Shown here: positions 33,804 through 44,510 of the stretch, piece after piece
How positions within the stretch are numbered: position 1 is the first letter of the stretch
Layout: every line of letters starts with the position of its first letter
DNA from: an uncultured Acidobacteriota bacterium
GTDB taxonomy: Bacteria > Acidobacteriota > Vicinamibacteria > Vicinamibacterales > SCN-69-37
DNA: 64,000 nt
NCBI GenBank assembly: GCA_963730485.1
Contig: CAVSRY010000009.1
Location: forward strand, 101,941-165,940
Direction: 5' to 3'
Notes under the pieces: generated by a model
The model's database searches: none
Told to the model about the DNA's origin: nothing
The model's input: only the letters and a program-made list of their open reading frames with translations
Program-made: the position numbers and the translations under genes

Positions 33804-36357
33804 CGGCGGCGTGCGGCTCGATGGTGACAGCGACCTGCTCGGCCGCGAACGAGATGTCGGCAGCCGCCACGTTGTTGCCCTCGAGCACGTCGCGCGAAAT
33901 CGCGGGCCAGAGCGGCTCGTGCGCCGGCGTCAAGGCGATCCGGGCGCGCACCGGAACACCAAAACCGAGATTTTTCGACGATCGTTCCTGGCGCAGGCTC
34001 GCCGTCACCTCCGACGCCTGGTGCACCGCATCGTCGTTCGCCGGCGAGCGGGCCGTTCCGGCAACCTGGACGTCAGCGGCCGTGGGCCATGTCGACCGAT
34101 GGACCGACCCGTCCTGCCACCACGACCAGACCTCCTCGGTCACGAAAGGCAGATACGGCGCAAAGAGCCGCAGCAGCACCGAGAGCGCCGTCGTCGCCGC
34201 GGACGGCTGCCGATGCCGCGTCGCCACCGTCGCGCGCTCGCCGTCGCTTGACGAGCTCGATGTAGTCGTCGCAGAACCACCAGAAGAACGATTCGGTCTC
34301 GCGCAGCGCGGCCGCGTAGTCGTAACCCTCGAGGTGAGCGGTTGCCGATGTCACGAGCGACTCGAGCCGCTGCAGCATCCCGCGATCGAGCGGCTCCGAC
34401 ACGGGCCCGGACGGCTCGGTGCGCGAGAGCACGAACTTCGACGCGTTCAGGAGCTTGATGGCCAGCCGCCGGCCGACCTTCATCTGTCCCGGCTCGAACG
34501 CCGTGTCCACGCCGGGCCCGCCCTTCGCCGCCCAGTAGCGAACCGCGTCGGAGCCGTGCTCCTCGAGCAGCGCCATCGGCGTGACGACGTTGCCCTTGGA
34601 CTTCGACATCTTCTTGCGATCGGGATCGAGCACCCATCCGGAGATCGCCGCGTTCGCCCAGGGCAGCTTCCCTTCCTCCAGGTGCGACCGAAGCACGGTC
34701 GAGAACAGCCACGTCCGGATGATGTCGTGCGCCTGCGGTCGCAGATCCATCGGGAACGTCTGTTGCCACAGGGCCTTGTCGCGCTCCCATCCGCAGACGA
34801 TGAACGGCGTCAGCGACGATGTCGCCCACGTGTCCATGACGTCGGGGTCACCGATGAACCCGCCGGGCACGCCGCGCTGATCGGCGCGAAATCCGGCCGG
34901 AACGTCGGTCGACGGATCGATCGGCAACTGGCTCTCGTCGGGCACCAGGCGGGCGTTGTAGTCGGTCGTGCCGTCTGGCCGGACGCGATACCACACCGGG
35001 AACGGCACGCCGAAGAACCGCTGGCGGCTGACGCACCAGTCGCCATTCAATCCATTCACCCAGTTCTCATAACGCGAGACCATGTGCGATGGATACCAGT
35101 GGAGCTCCCGCCCGCGCGCGAGCAGCGGCTCGCGCACCTCCATCGTCTTGATGAACCACTGACGGCTCGTGATGATCTCGAGCGGGCGATCGCCCTTTCT
35201 CGTAGAACTTCACGTGGTGCGTGATCGGCCGCGGCTCGCCGATGAGCTCGCCGCTTGCCTTCATCAACTCGACGATCTTCGTGCGGGCCTTGGACGCGGA
35301 CAGCCCGGCCAGCTGGTCGTACGCGACTTGTGCGGCGGACGCGTCGCGCGCTTCCCAGCCGGATTGCACCCCAGGTAATCGGCCGCAGCGCACCGTTCGC
35401 CTGAAGGATCGCCCGCACCGGCAGGCCCAGCTCGCGCCACCACACCACGTCCGTGAGGTCGCCGAACGTGCAAATCATCGCGATGCCGGTCCCCTTCTCG
35501 GGATCGGCCAGCGGGTGCGGGCGGACCGGCACCGGGACCTTGAACAGCGGGGTCAGCACCTCGCGCCCGAAGAGCGGCTGATAGCGGGCGTCGTCGGGAT
35601 GCGCGACGAGCGCGACGCAGGCCGGCACGAGCTCCGGCCGCGTCGTGTCGATCTCCACGGCGCCGGCCCCGTCGGCATGGGCGAAGCGGAGGCGGTGATA
35701 CGCGCCTGGCATCTCCCGGTCCTCGAGCTCGGCCTGCGCGACTGCCGTCTTGAAATCCACGTCCCACAGCGTCGGCGCCTCGAGCTGGTACGCCTGGCCG
35801 CGGCCGAGCAAGCGAAGAAACGCCTGCTGCGAGACGCGCTGTGCATCCCGTCCGATGGTCGCGTACGTCAGGGACCAGTCCACCGACAGCCCGAGATGGC
35901 GCCAGAGATGCTCGAACGCCTTCTCGTCTTCGCCCGTCAGGGCGACGCAGAGCTCGACGAAATTCGGCCGCGAGACCGAGATCGGATGCTTGTCCGGCTT
36001 CGCCGGCGGAGTGAACGCCGCGTCGTACGGCAGTGACGGATCGCACCGGACACCGTAGTAGTTCTGGACCCGGCGCTCGGTTGGCAGACCGTTGTCGTCC
36101 CACCCCATCGGATAGAACACGGCCTTGCCGCGCATGCGTTGAAATCTGGCGACGACGTCCGTGTGCGTGTAGGAGAACACGTGCCCGACGTGCAGCGACC
36201 CGCTGACGGTCGGCGGCGGCGTATCGATCGAGTAGACGCGGTCGCGCGGAGCCGACCGGTCGAACCGATGCACCCCATCGGTCTCCCAGCGGTCCTTCCA
36301 TTTACTTTCGAGACCTTCGAGGGCGGGCTTGTCAGGAACACGCGGCGAGTGTGGCAA
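33796..36357 (-). pseudogene. valS: valine--tRNA ligase, at least three frame breaks (near 35375, 35185 and 34200; probably assembly indels)
   Basis: It has PPPTVSGSLHVGHVFSYTHTD (HIGH), [28 protein letters not shown] and [11 protein letters not shown]. The anticodon-binding tail reads [20 protein letters not shown]. Confidence 0.9.
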
Positions 36358-36359
36358 CG

Positions 36360-37135
36360 TTACTCCGAATCAGCTTTGATCTTTTCGATCTCTTCGCGGA
36401 TCAACCGCTCGGCGGTTTCGACCACGATGCGGCGGACGATGCTGTCGGTCATGCGCACGAGCGCGCGACGAACGGCTTCTTCCACCACGGCGTCCGGCAG
36501 CGCGGTCTGCGCCGGCGCCGGCCGCCGTCTGGGCCGATTGCTCGGCGGCCAGCAGCGCCGAAAACGCATTGGCCAGCGACACGCGGGACGGCAACGCCGC
36601 CTCACGGCCATCGTGTCCGGCTCTCGCCACGGGTTCTGACTCCTCGAGTGCGGCCGGCGATGGCGCCACCGACAATCGCGCCACACCGGGGAACGGCGTC
36701 ACGACCCGGGCACGCGGTTGCCCCTCGGACACGGCGACGTCCGCTGACCGAGACGTGCCGTGCTCGAGCAGCGACCGCACGCGGCTCACGAGTTGTTCAG
36801 GCTCGAACGGCTTGGCGAGGACGCCGTCCGCTCCAGCCTCCCGCGCCTGGATGTCGTCCACCGGCTCGAACACGCCCGCGAGCAGCAACACGGGCACGTG
36901 CTTGAGCCGCGGTGACTGCCGCACATGGCTCGTGACGGCATACCCGTCCACTTCCGGGCGCGTCGATGTCCACCAGCATGACGTCGGGGGCTTCCCGATC
37001 CATCCATTGCAGGGCACGGCGTCCATCGCCCACCGACACCACGCGCACGTTCTCGTTCGCGAACGTGAGCTCGATCACGCGTTGAATCGTGACGCTGTCG
37101 TCGACGAGGAGGAGCGTCGCCATGGGCATCGTCAC
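36360..37135 (-). CDS. response regulator receiver protein with helical C-terminal extension (two frame breaks near 36960 and 36530)
   Basis: It reads [29 protein letters not shown], then [42 protein letters not shown]. The tail reads [39 protein letters not shown]. No DNA-binding or kinase domain is present. Confidence 0.7.
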
Positions 37136-37539
37136 ACCGCGCCCGCGCGCGTGCGCACCGCGGCGTTGATGAAGTCGATGATGGCCTGCATCGGGCTGCC
37201 CGGCGGGAAGATGCCCTCAACGCCCAGCGCCTTCAGCGCGGGAACGTCCGCGTCCGGAATGATGCCGCCCACGAGCACGACAACGTCGTCCAGGCCCTGC
37301 GCCTGCAAGAGCTCTCGCACGCGGGTCACGACGTGGAGGTGTGCGCCGCTGAGGATGGACAAGCCGATGACATCCGCGTCTTCCTGCAGGGCGGCCGACA
37401 CAATCTGTTCAGGCGTCTGCCGCAGGCCCGTGTAGATCACCTCCATGCCGGCATCGCGCAGGGCGCGGGCGATGACCTTGGCCCCGCGATCGTGGCCATC
37501 GAGGCCCGGCTTGGCAATGACAACCCGCGTTCGACGCAT
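37132..37539 (-). CDS. methylmalonyl-CoA mutase small subunit, cobalamin-binding domain
   Basis: From ATG 37539 the product reads [38 protein letters not shown] (DxHxxG B12 motif) with GLSILSGAH. It is intact at 135 aa. Confidence 0.85.
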   Translation of the reverse strand: MRRTRVVIAKPGLDGHDRGAKVIARALRDAGMEVIYTGLRQTPEQIVSAALQEDADVIGLSILSGAHLHVVTRVRELLQAQGLDDVVVLVGGIIPDADVPALKALGVEGIFPPGSPMQAIIDFINAAVRTRAGAV

Positions 37540-37563
37540 GTGTGCCCTATTGTAGAGAAAATG

Positions 37564-37745
37564 GCGGAAGGTGCGGAGGTGCGGAAGTTCGGAGGTGCGA
37601 AGGTTGGTCGAAGGTGCGAAGGTTGGTTCGAAGGTGCGGAGGGCGGTTCGAAGGTGGCACGGACGTGCACAACGCCGAACCTCCGTACCAACCCTCGAAC
37701 CCCGGTACCAACCTCCGCACCCTCGCACTTCCGCACTTCCGAACC
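37564..37745. repeat. word-array hairpin, family B (GGTGCGAAGG/GGTTCGAAGG)
   Basis: The left arm is about 94 nt (GGTGCGGAGGTGCGGAAGTTCGGAGGTGCGAAGGTTGGTCGAAGGTGCGAAGGTTGGTTCGAAGG...). The loop is GACGTGCACAACG. The right arm is about 70 nt of the complement (CCGAACCTCCGTACCAACCCTCGAACCCCGGTACCAACCTCCGCACC...). Confidence 0.8.
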
Positions 37746-39331
37746 TAGATCGCCGGCGTTTCCTCGGTACTCACCCCAGACTCTGCGGAGCACGTCGGTC
37801 ATCTCGCCGACGGTCGCATAGGCGCGCGCCCCGTCAATCAGAGCGGGCATCACGTTGGCGGCTCCCTGGGCCGCATGCTCGAGGCTCGCCAGCGCACGCG
37901 CGGCCGCGGCGGCGTCCCGCCGGGTCCGGGTCGCCGCCGTACGGGCGACCTGCTGTTCGGCGACTCTCGAATCGATTGAGAGCGTCGGCACGGGCTCGAC
38001 ATTCTCGTCGGCATACCCGTTCACGCCAACGATGACCCGCTCGCCGGACTCAACCGCTCGCTGGAAGGCGTAGGCGGAGTCCGCAATCGCGCGCTGCGGG
38101 AAGCCGGCTTCGATCGCGGCCACCATCCCGCCAAGCCGATCGATCCGGGCTCATGAGCGCCATCGCCTCGGTCTCCATGTCACTCGTGAGCCGCTCGAGG
38201 AACCACGAGCCTCCAAGCGGATCGACGACGGCGGTCACGCCCGTTTCGTGCGCCAGGATTTGCTGCGTTCTCAGGGCGAGCCGGGCGGCGTCCTCCGTTG
38301 GCAGCGCCAGGGCTTCGTCGAGCGCGTTGGTGTGCAGCGAATTGGTGCCTCCCAGGACGCCCGACAAGGCCTGAAGCGCCGTCCGCACCACATTGTTGTA
38401 CGGCTGCTGGGCCGTCAACGAGACGCCGGCCGTCTGCGTATGGAAACGCAGCTTCAAGCTGCGCTCGTCGGTCGCGCCGAACCGCTCGCGCATGAGCTCG
38501 GGCCCAGATGCGCCGCGCCGCACGGTATTTGGCGATCTCCTCGAAGAAGTCGCTGTGCGCGTTGAAGAAAAACGAGATGCGGGGTACGAACGCGTCCACC
38601 GTGAGGCCGGCCGCAATGCCCCAGGCGACGTACTCGATGCCGTCGGCCAGCGTGAACGCCAGTTCCTCCACCGCCGTCGCGCCTGCTTCGCGGATGTGAT
38701 ACCCGCTCACCGAGATCGAGTTCCAGCGCGGGCACCTCGGCGGCAGCAAAGGCGAAGACGTCGGTCACGAGCCGCATCGACGGTCGTGGCGGGAAGATGT
38801 ACTCCTTCTGCGCAATGAACTCTTTGAGGATGTCGTTCTGGATCGTGCCCGACAGTTGCTTCCAGGGCACGCCCTGGCGTTCAGCGACGGCGAGATACAT
38901 CGCGAAGAGAATCGCCGCCGGCCCGTTGATCGTCATCGACGTCGTCACATCGCCGAGCGGAATGCCGTCGAAAAGCGCGTCCATGTCCGCGAGCGAGGCG
39001 ACCGAGACGCCGCAGCGCCCGACCTCGCCGGCCGACAGCGCGTCGTCCGGGTCCCGTCCCATCAACGTCGGGAGATCGAAGGCGACGCTGAGGCCCGTGC
39101 CGCCCGCGGCCAGGAGCTGCCGGTAGCGCTGATTCGTTTCCTCAGGCGTGCCGAACCCCGCGAACTGGCGCATTGTCCACAGTTTCCCGGCGTAACCGGT
39201 GGGATGGATGCCGCGGGTGTAGGGGTACGCGCCCGGATCGCCGAGATCGCGGGCGTACTCGACATCCTGCGTGTCGTCGGCGGTGTAGCGCTGGTTGATC
39301 TCGCGGCCTGAGATGGTGCGGTGAATGACAT
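37745..39331 (-). pseudogene. methylmalonyl-CoA mutase large (catalytic) subunit, at least five frame breaks (probably assembly indels)
   Basis: Pieces found: [103 protein letters not shown] and [16 protein letters not shown]. The likely end is VWGEY-EETPAI-TAG at 37745. Confidence 0.85.
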
Positions 39332-39379
39332 GAAGAAACCGGGTTTCTTACACAGTGAACGAAGACACCCGGATTCGAC

Positions 39380-41454
39380 CTATCCGGAGATGCGAATGGC
39401 CAGCAGCTTCTTCGTGGTGGCCCCGCTCGCGTCGGCCGCGATCTCGATCAGATACTCGCCCGGTGGGAACGCGCTCAGGCTGAACTCGGACTCGAACGTC
39501 TGGTCCTTGGTGAGGGTTGGCGGAGGCATGGACGCCATCGACTCGCCTTGCTTGTTCAACACCCTCATCGTCAGCGTCGGCGCGGTGCCGCCGGGTCCGT
39601 ACGCGGCGAAGCGCAGGAGCAGCCGTTCCGCGCGGGCGAACGTGCGGACCGTCGTCGGCATCGGCGACGGCAGCGTACGCAGCTGTTGAAGATCCCGCGC
39701 GGTGCGTCCTCGAAAGACGAACGGCGTCGTGATTTGCGCTTGCGTTGACGAGAAATCCGGCACCTCGAGGGTGACGTCGGTAGACTCGAGACGTCGACCC
39801 GTCGAGTGCGTCAGATCGGCGCGGACCCGGACCGTTCCCGCCGGCGCCTCGAATGACACCTGGCCCGAGGGCGTCTGTGAGGCGGCGTCGCGATCGACCC
39901 GGCCGGTGTAGAGAGTCTGCCCCTGGCCGGACTCGGCCGTGATCGTCAGGTACTCGACGCGCTCGGACGGCGCCGCGGCGACGTCGGCCGCTTCCCAGAC
40001 AAACGTGACGAGGGCTTTCTCAGCCGGTCCTTTCGCGGCGCCGAGCCAGAGCGACACCGGCTGACGGCGCGCCGACGACGACGCATCGGCCAGCGTGCCG
40101 AGCGCCGATGTCACGTCCTCCGCCACCATCGGCTTGGCGGCGACGGTCGCCCGCGCGACCTCTTCAGCCGAGACCGCCCAGTAGCCCTTTCGCGCCCGAA
40201 CGTCGATGTCGCGGCGCTTCACGCGTACGTCGATCTTGTGGAACTTGCCGTCGCGGAATCCGGCGGACGAGGTGTAGCCCAGCAGGTAGTAGGCGCTGCC
40301 GTCGCGCATCATCTGCTGGAGCGCCGGCAGCGGGTCGTTCCGATTCACGATGGCCCGGCCGTCGGTTTCGTCCGCGATCGACCGCAGCACGTCAGTGGTC
40401 TGGGACAGGATGCGCTTATCCATGTCGAACCCGACCGAGTCGGCGACCGAGTACTCGAAGTTCGCCAGACCGCGCGGATCGATCGTGTAGATCGCCGTGT
40501 TCGTGCGGTTCGCGACGCTGAAGACGCGCATACGACAGGTCCATCACGAGCTCCATCGACTCGAGCAGCTGCTGGCTGTTCATGCTGCTGCCGGCATCCG
40601 GCGCCCCGAACGTTCCGAGCGGCGTGTACGGGATCGAGACGCGGGCCACCCGTCGTCTGCACGCCCGGCGGCAACGTGTTGGACATGCCCTCGCTGACGT
40701 AGAGGATCGTCTTCCGGCCGTTCCGGAACGATCCCATGTACTCGCACAACGCGCGAAGCGACGACATCGTCCAGGTGTTGCGCATGCGTTCCTGGATCGC
40801 AGGGATGCTCGTTCGTGATACTGCGCTTCGAGCGGATGCTCCGGCTGATAGTTGTACTTCCGCCCCTTGAAATTCATGATCTGGGCGGCGGTGGCTTCGT
40901 GATTTCGCGAGAACGTCAGCGCGGATGCCGGACGCAGCGGCGTCGTCAGCGCGACGAGATCGTACGGCTGAAGCTGGCTGACGAACTGCGCGAGCTTCTC
41001 GCGGACGTTCCAGCCGTTCTGCAGCCGGGTGTGGTAGTCGTCGAGGAAGATGACGAGCAGACGATTGTCTTCGCGCGCAAGCTCGCGGGCGTGATCGGCC
41101 GACGACAGGATGTCGCGCGTGTACGGTCGGCCGTTCGGTATCGCCGTCGATCTTCACCAGCCTGAACGCCTCGATGGCCTGCGGCTTCCCTTCCTCGCGA
41201 ACCTCGAAATCCGCCTGGGTGAGATCCATGACCGGACGGCCCTGCTTGTCCGTCACGATCACGTCCACACTGATCGAATCAATGCCGCTTCGGAAGACGG
41301 GCGGTGGTCCCTGCGGTGTGGCGCGGTGCCGGCTGCCGGCGGCTGCAGGCGCAGGCTGCTGCGCGGCCGGCTGACTGACCAGGCAGACCCCTGCGAGGAG
41401 GACGCTCGCGACGACGCGGATGTAGCGAAGCACGCGAATAGCCAATGATACCAT
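39380..41454 (-). pseudogene. exported VWA-domain protein of the acidobacterial VWFA-related type, at least four frame breaks (probably assembly indels)
   Basis: It begins MVSLAIRVLRYIRVVASVLLAG, with FRSGIDSISVDVIVTDKQGRPVMDLTQADFEVREEGKPQ. It also has LLVIFLDDYH and TILYVSEGM, and a 383-aa intact C-terminal piece (NTAIYTIDPRGL..SAYYLLGY). Confidence 0.75.
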
Positions 41455-41462
41455 CCGGCTCC

Positions 41463-42634
41463 ATGACGGGCCGGGCGGATGATGCGTCGCCAGCGCCGCT
41501 GACCGTCCTCGGCGAGGACGAATCACTCTTTCGCCGTTCAATCCGCGAATTCGCCGACACGCGTCGTCCGCCCGCTCGTGGGCGACATGGACGAACAGGC
41601 GCGCCTGACGCCCGACGTGATCGACCGCCTCTTCGCCCTTGGCGTCATGGGCATTCAGGTGCCGGAGTCGCTCGGCGGACAGGGCGGACGGTTCTTCCAC
41701 GCGGTGCTCGCGGTCGAAGAACTGTCGCGCATCGATCCCGCCGTCGGCGTGTTCGTGGACGTCCAGAACACACTCGTCATCAATGCCATCCTCCGTTGGG
41801 GCACGCCCGCGCAACAGCAGGAACTGCTGCCCGGGCTCGCGGCCTCGCACGTCGGCGCCTACGCGCTGTCCGAAGCGGAGGCCGGAAGCGACGCCTTCGC
41901 GCTGCAGACCCGCGCCAGCGCCGACGGCGACTCGTTCGTCCTCGAGGGACGGAAGCTCTGGATCACCAACGCGGCCGAGGCACAATCTGTTCATCGTCTT
42001 CGCGACCGTGGATCCGGCCGCCGGCTACCACGGCATCACGGCGTTTCTCGTTGACCGCGAGACGCCCGGCCTGACGGTCGGCCGGCGCGAACACAAGCTC
42101 GGGATTCGCGCGTCCAGCACGTGCGAGGTCGTGTTCGACGGCTGCCGCCTCCCGGCCTCGCGCGTGCTCGGGTCGGTTGGCGCGGGCTACAAGGTCGCCA
42201 TCGAAACACTGAACGAAGGACGGATCGGCATCGGCGCGCAAATGCTCGGGCTGGCCGCCGGCGCGCTCGAACACGCGATCGCGCATGTCACGGCGCGCAA
42301 GCAGTTCGGCCGCGCGATCGCCGAGTTCCAGGGCGTGCAGTTTCAGATCGCGCGCGCGGCGGCGGACGTCGAGGCGGCGCGCCTGCTCGTCTACAACGCG
42401 GCCCGCCTTCGCGACAGCCAGCGGCCGTTCCTGACCGAAGCCGCGATATGCAAGCTCGTCGCCTCCGAAGTCGCGGAGCGCACCGCGTCACTCGCCGTCA
42501 ACCTGCTCGGCGGGCAGGGATTCGTCAAAGACGGCCGTGTCGAGAAGTTCTACCGGGACGCGAAGATCGGGCAGATCTATGAGGGGACGTCGAACATGCA
42601 GCTGCTGACGATTGCGAAGCAGCTACTGCATTGA
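41463..42634 (+). CDS. acyl-CoA dehydrogenase (two frame breaks near 41570 and 41975)
   Basis: It reads LTVLGEDESLFRRSIREFAD, then GAYALSEAEAGSDAFAL, then GIGAQMLGLAAGALEHAIAHVTARKQFGRAIAEFQGVQFQ..IYEGTSNMQLLTIAKQLLH. Confidence 0.85.
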
Positions 42635-42798
42635 TGATTTGAGATTTGAAATTGATGATCCATTGATGATTGGCGATTGATGATTGGGGATCGGGCTATT
42701 GAAAGCCTCGCCGCACACAGGTGCGGGCATCACGATCATCAATCCCCAATCGCCGGATCATCGATGGATCATCAATGTCAAATTTCAAATCATCAATT
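42629..42798. repeat. palindromic word-array element, family E (TTGATGA/TTTGAGA/GATTGGG), copy 1
   Basis: The left arm is CATTGATGATTTGAGATTTGAAATTGATGATCCATTGATGATTGGCGATTGATGATTGGGGATC. The right arm is its near-perfect complement, ending TCATCAAT. The roughly 40-nt loop carries its own small stem (CCGCAC-acag-GTGCGG). Confidence 0.85.
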
Positions 42799-43934
42799 TC
42801 CTATCAGGTGCCTGCTTATTACCAACCTCTGGACCTCAGAGGTCCCCTGATAGATCTCCGCCGCGCGAATGTCCCGGAACAGACGTTCGATGCGCGAGCC
42901 GCGCTGGTAGCCGGCTGAGGCTTGAATCTGCATCGCCCGATCGGCGGCGCGGTGCGCGGCTTCGGAGGCCTGGAGCTTCGCCATCGCGGCTTCCATCGCC
43001 GCGACTGAGCCGCGCGCGCGTGAGTCGGCCGCCTTCCACATGAGCACCCGCGCGGCGTCGAGATCCGTGGCCAGATCCGCGAGCTGAAACTGAATCGCCT
43101 GGAAATCGCCGATGCGCTGGCCGAAAGCGTGGCGCTTCCGCGCATAGTCGAGCGCGTCGTCGAGCGCGGATCGGCCGACACCCAGCGCCTGGGCGGCGAT
43201 CGCGACACGCCCGCCGGCGAGCGCGTCCAGCGCGATGCGCCAGCCGTCACCCGTTTCGCCGAGCCTTGCATCGGCACTGACCTGAACGTTGTCGAGATGC
43301 GAGATCGACGCAGCCAAGCCCCCGCACGCCGAGCGAGTCCAGGGGCGTTCGCGAGACGCCGGGCGCATCGAGTGGCACGAGGAACGCGGTGATCGATCGG
43401 TCGGCCGGCGCCCCCTCGACGCGCGCGAAGACCAGCGCGACGTCGGCCAGTTCGGCGTTCGCCACCCACGTCTTTCGACCGGACAGCACCCACCCGCGGC
43501 CGTCGGGTCGCGCAGTGGATTGCTGATTGTGCGCATCCGAGCCCGCGTCGGCCTCGGAGATGGCAAAGGCGCCGAGCATCTGGCCGCTTACGAGCGGACG
43601 CAGCCAGCGTTCTCGTTGTTCGGAGGTGCCGGCCGTCCCGATCGGCTCGGCCACGAGCGAGTTGCTGATCGCGAGGATGACCGCAACCGTCGCACTGTGC
43701 GCCGCGACGGCTTCGACCGCCAGCGCGTACGTAACGTAATCGAGGCCGGCGCCGCCCCACTCGGCCGACACCGTAACGCCGATGAGACCAAGCGCCGCCG
43801 CCTCCGACACGAGCGCACGCGGATAGACCGCCGTCCGGTCGATCTCGGCCGCGAGCGGCTCGACCCGATCGCGCGCAAACGCGGCGGCACGATCGACAAA
43901 GGCTTGGGTGTCGGCGGAGACGGCGAAAATCCAT
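42793..43934 (-). CDS. acyl-CoA dehydrogenase (frame breaks near 43925 and 43310)
   Basis: After codon 3, MDF is followed by a TTTT run break, then AVSADTQAFVDRAAAFARDRVEPLAAEIDR. It also has GAFAISEADAGSDA and RVAIAAQALGVGRSALDDALDYARKRHAFGQRIGDFQAIQFQ..IYQGTSEVQRLVISRHLIGN. Confidence 0.8.
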
Positions 43935-43939
43935 GGCGC

Positions 43940-44013
43940 GGCTTAGGGCTTAGGGCTCACGGCTCAGGGCCTCGCCAGAACTTCTAACGTCTGGCTTCTA
44001 ACTTCTAACTTGC
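43940..44013. repeat. abutting word arrays, family D (GGCTTAG) then family C complement (CTTCTAA)
   Basis: The first array is GGCTTAG GGCTTAG GGCTCAC GGCTCAG GGCC. It is followed by AGAACTTCTAACGTCTGGCTTCTAACTTCTAACTTG. The two blocks are not complementary to each other. The element spans from the HIT stop to the ACAD start. Confidence 0.8.
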
Positions 44014-44489
44014 GCGAGGGCGCTGCGCAAGCGATCCGCCGTCGCGCCCAGTTCTTCCGGCAGCACACGCGTTTCGCCCAACACCGTCATGAAGTTCGTG
44101 TCGCCGTTCCAGCGCGGCACGACATGCAGGTGCAGATGGTCGAGCACGCCGGCGCCGGCCGGTTTGCCGATGTTGAGACCCAGGTTGAAACCATGCGGGC
44201 GGTACATCGCCGTCAGGGCCTTCTCGACGAGCTGCGCGAGCGCCATCATCTCGGCCAGCTCGTCGGCGTCGAGCGCGCCGAGCTCACCGGTGTGGCGGTG
44301 CGGCACGACCATGACGTGGCCGTTGTTGTACGGATACTTGTTGAGGATGACGAACGTTCGCCGGCCGCGATGGACGACGAGCGGCTCTTCGTCGATTCGC
44401 GCGAGGGCGTCGCAGAAGATGCAGCCCGGATCGGAGCGGCTGGCTTCGCTCACGTACGCGAGCCTCCAGGGCGTGAACAGCCGATCCAT
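43998..44489 (-). CDS. HIT-family (histidine triad) hydrolase
   Basis: An intact 163-aa ORF with NKYPYNNGHVMVVP and GAGVLDHLHLHVVPRW. Confidence 0.85.
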   Translation of the reverse strand: MDRLFTPWRLAYVSEASRSDPGCIFCDALARIDEEPLVVHRGRRTFVILNKYPYNNGHVMVVPHRHTGELGALDADELAEMMALAQLVEKALTAMYRPHGFNLGLNIGKPAGAGVLDHLHLHVVPRWNGDTNFMTVLGETRVLPEELGATADRLRSALAQVRS

Positions 44490-44510
44490 GCGCGCGACTT
44501 TCCGGTGACC

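Noticed and set aside
39332-39379. A cobalamin riboswitch upstream of the B12-dependent mutase.
   Set aside because: The spacer is only 48 nt and contains just a short AAGAAACC/GGTTTCTT stem. That is far too small for a cobalamin riboswitch.
42629-42798. CRISPR array as an explanation for the short tandem repeats.
   Set aside because: The units are 7-9 nt and directly abutting, with no 25-40 nt repeats, no unique spacers of constant length and no cas genes. The arrays occur as inverted pairs.
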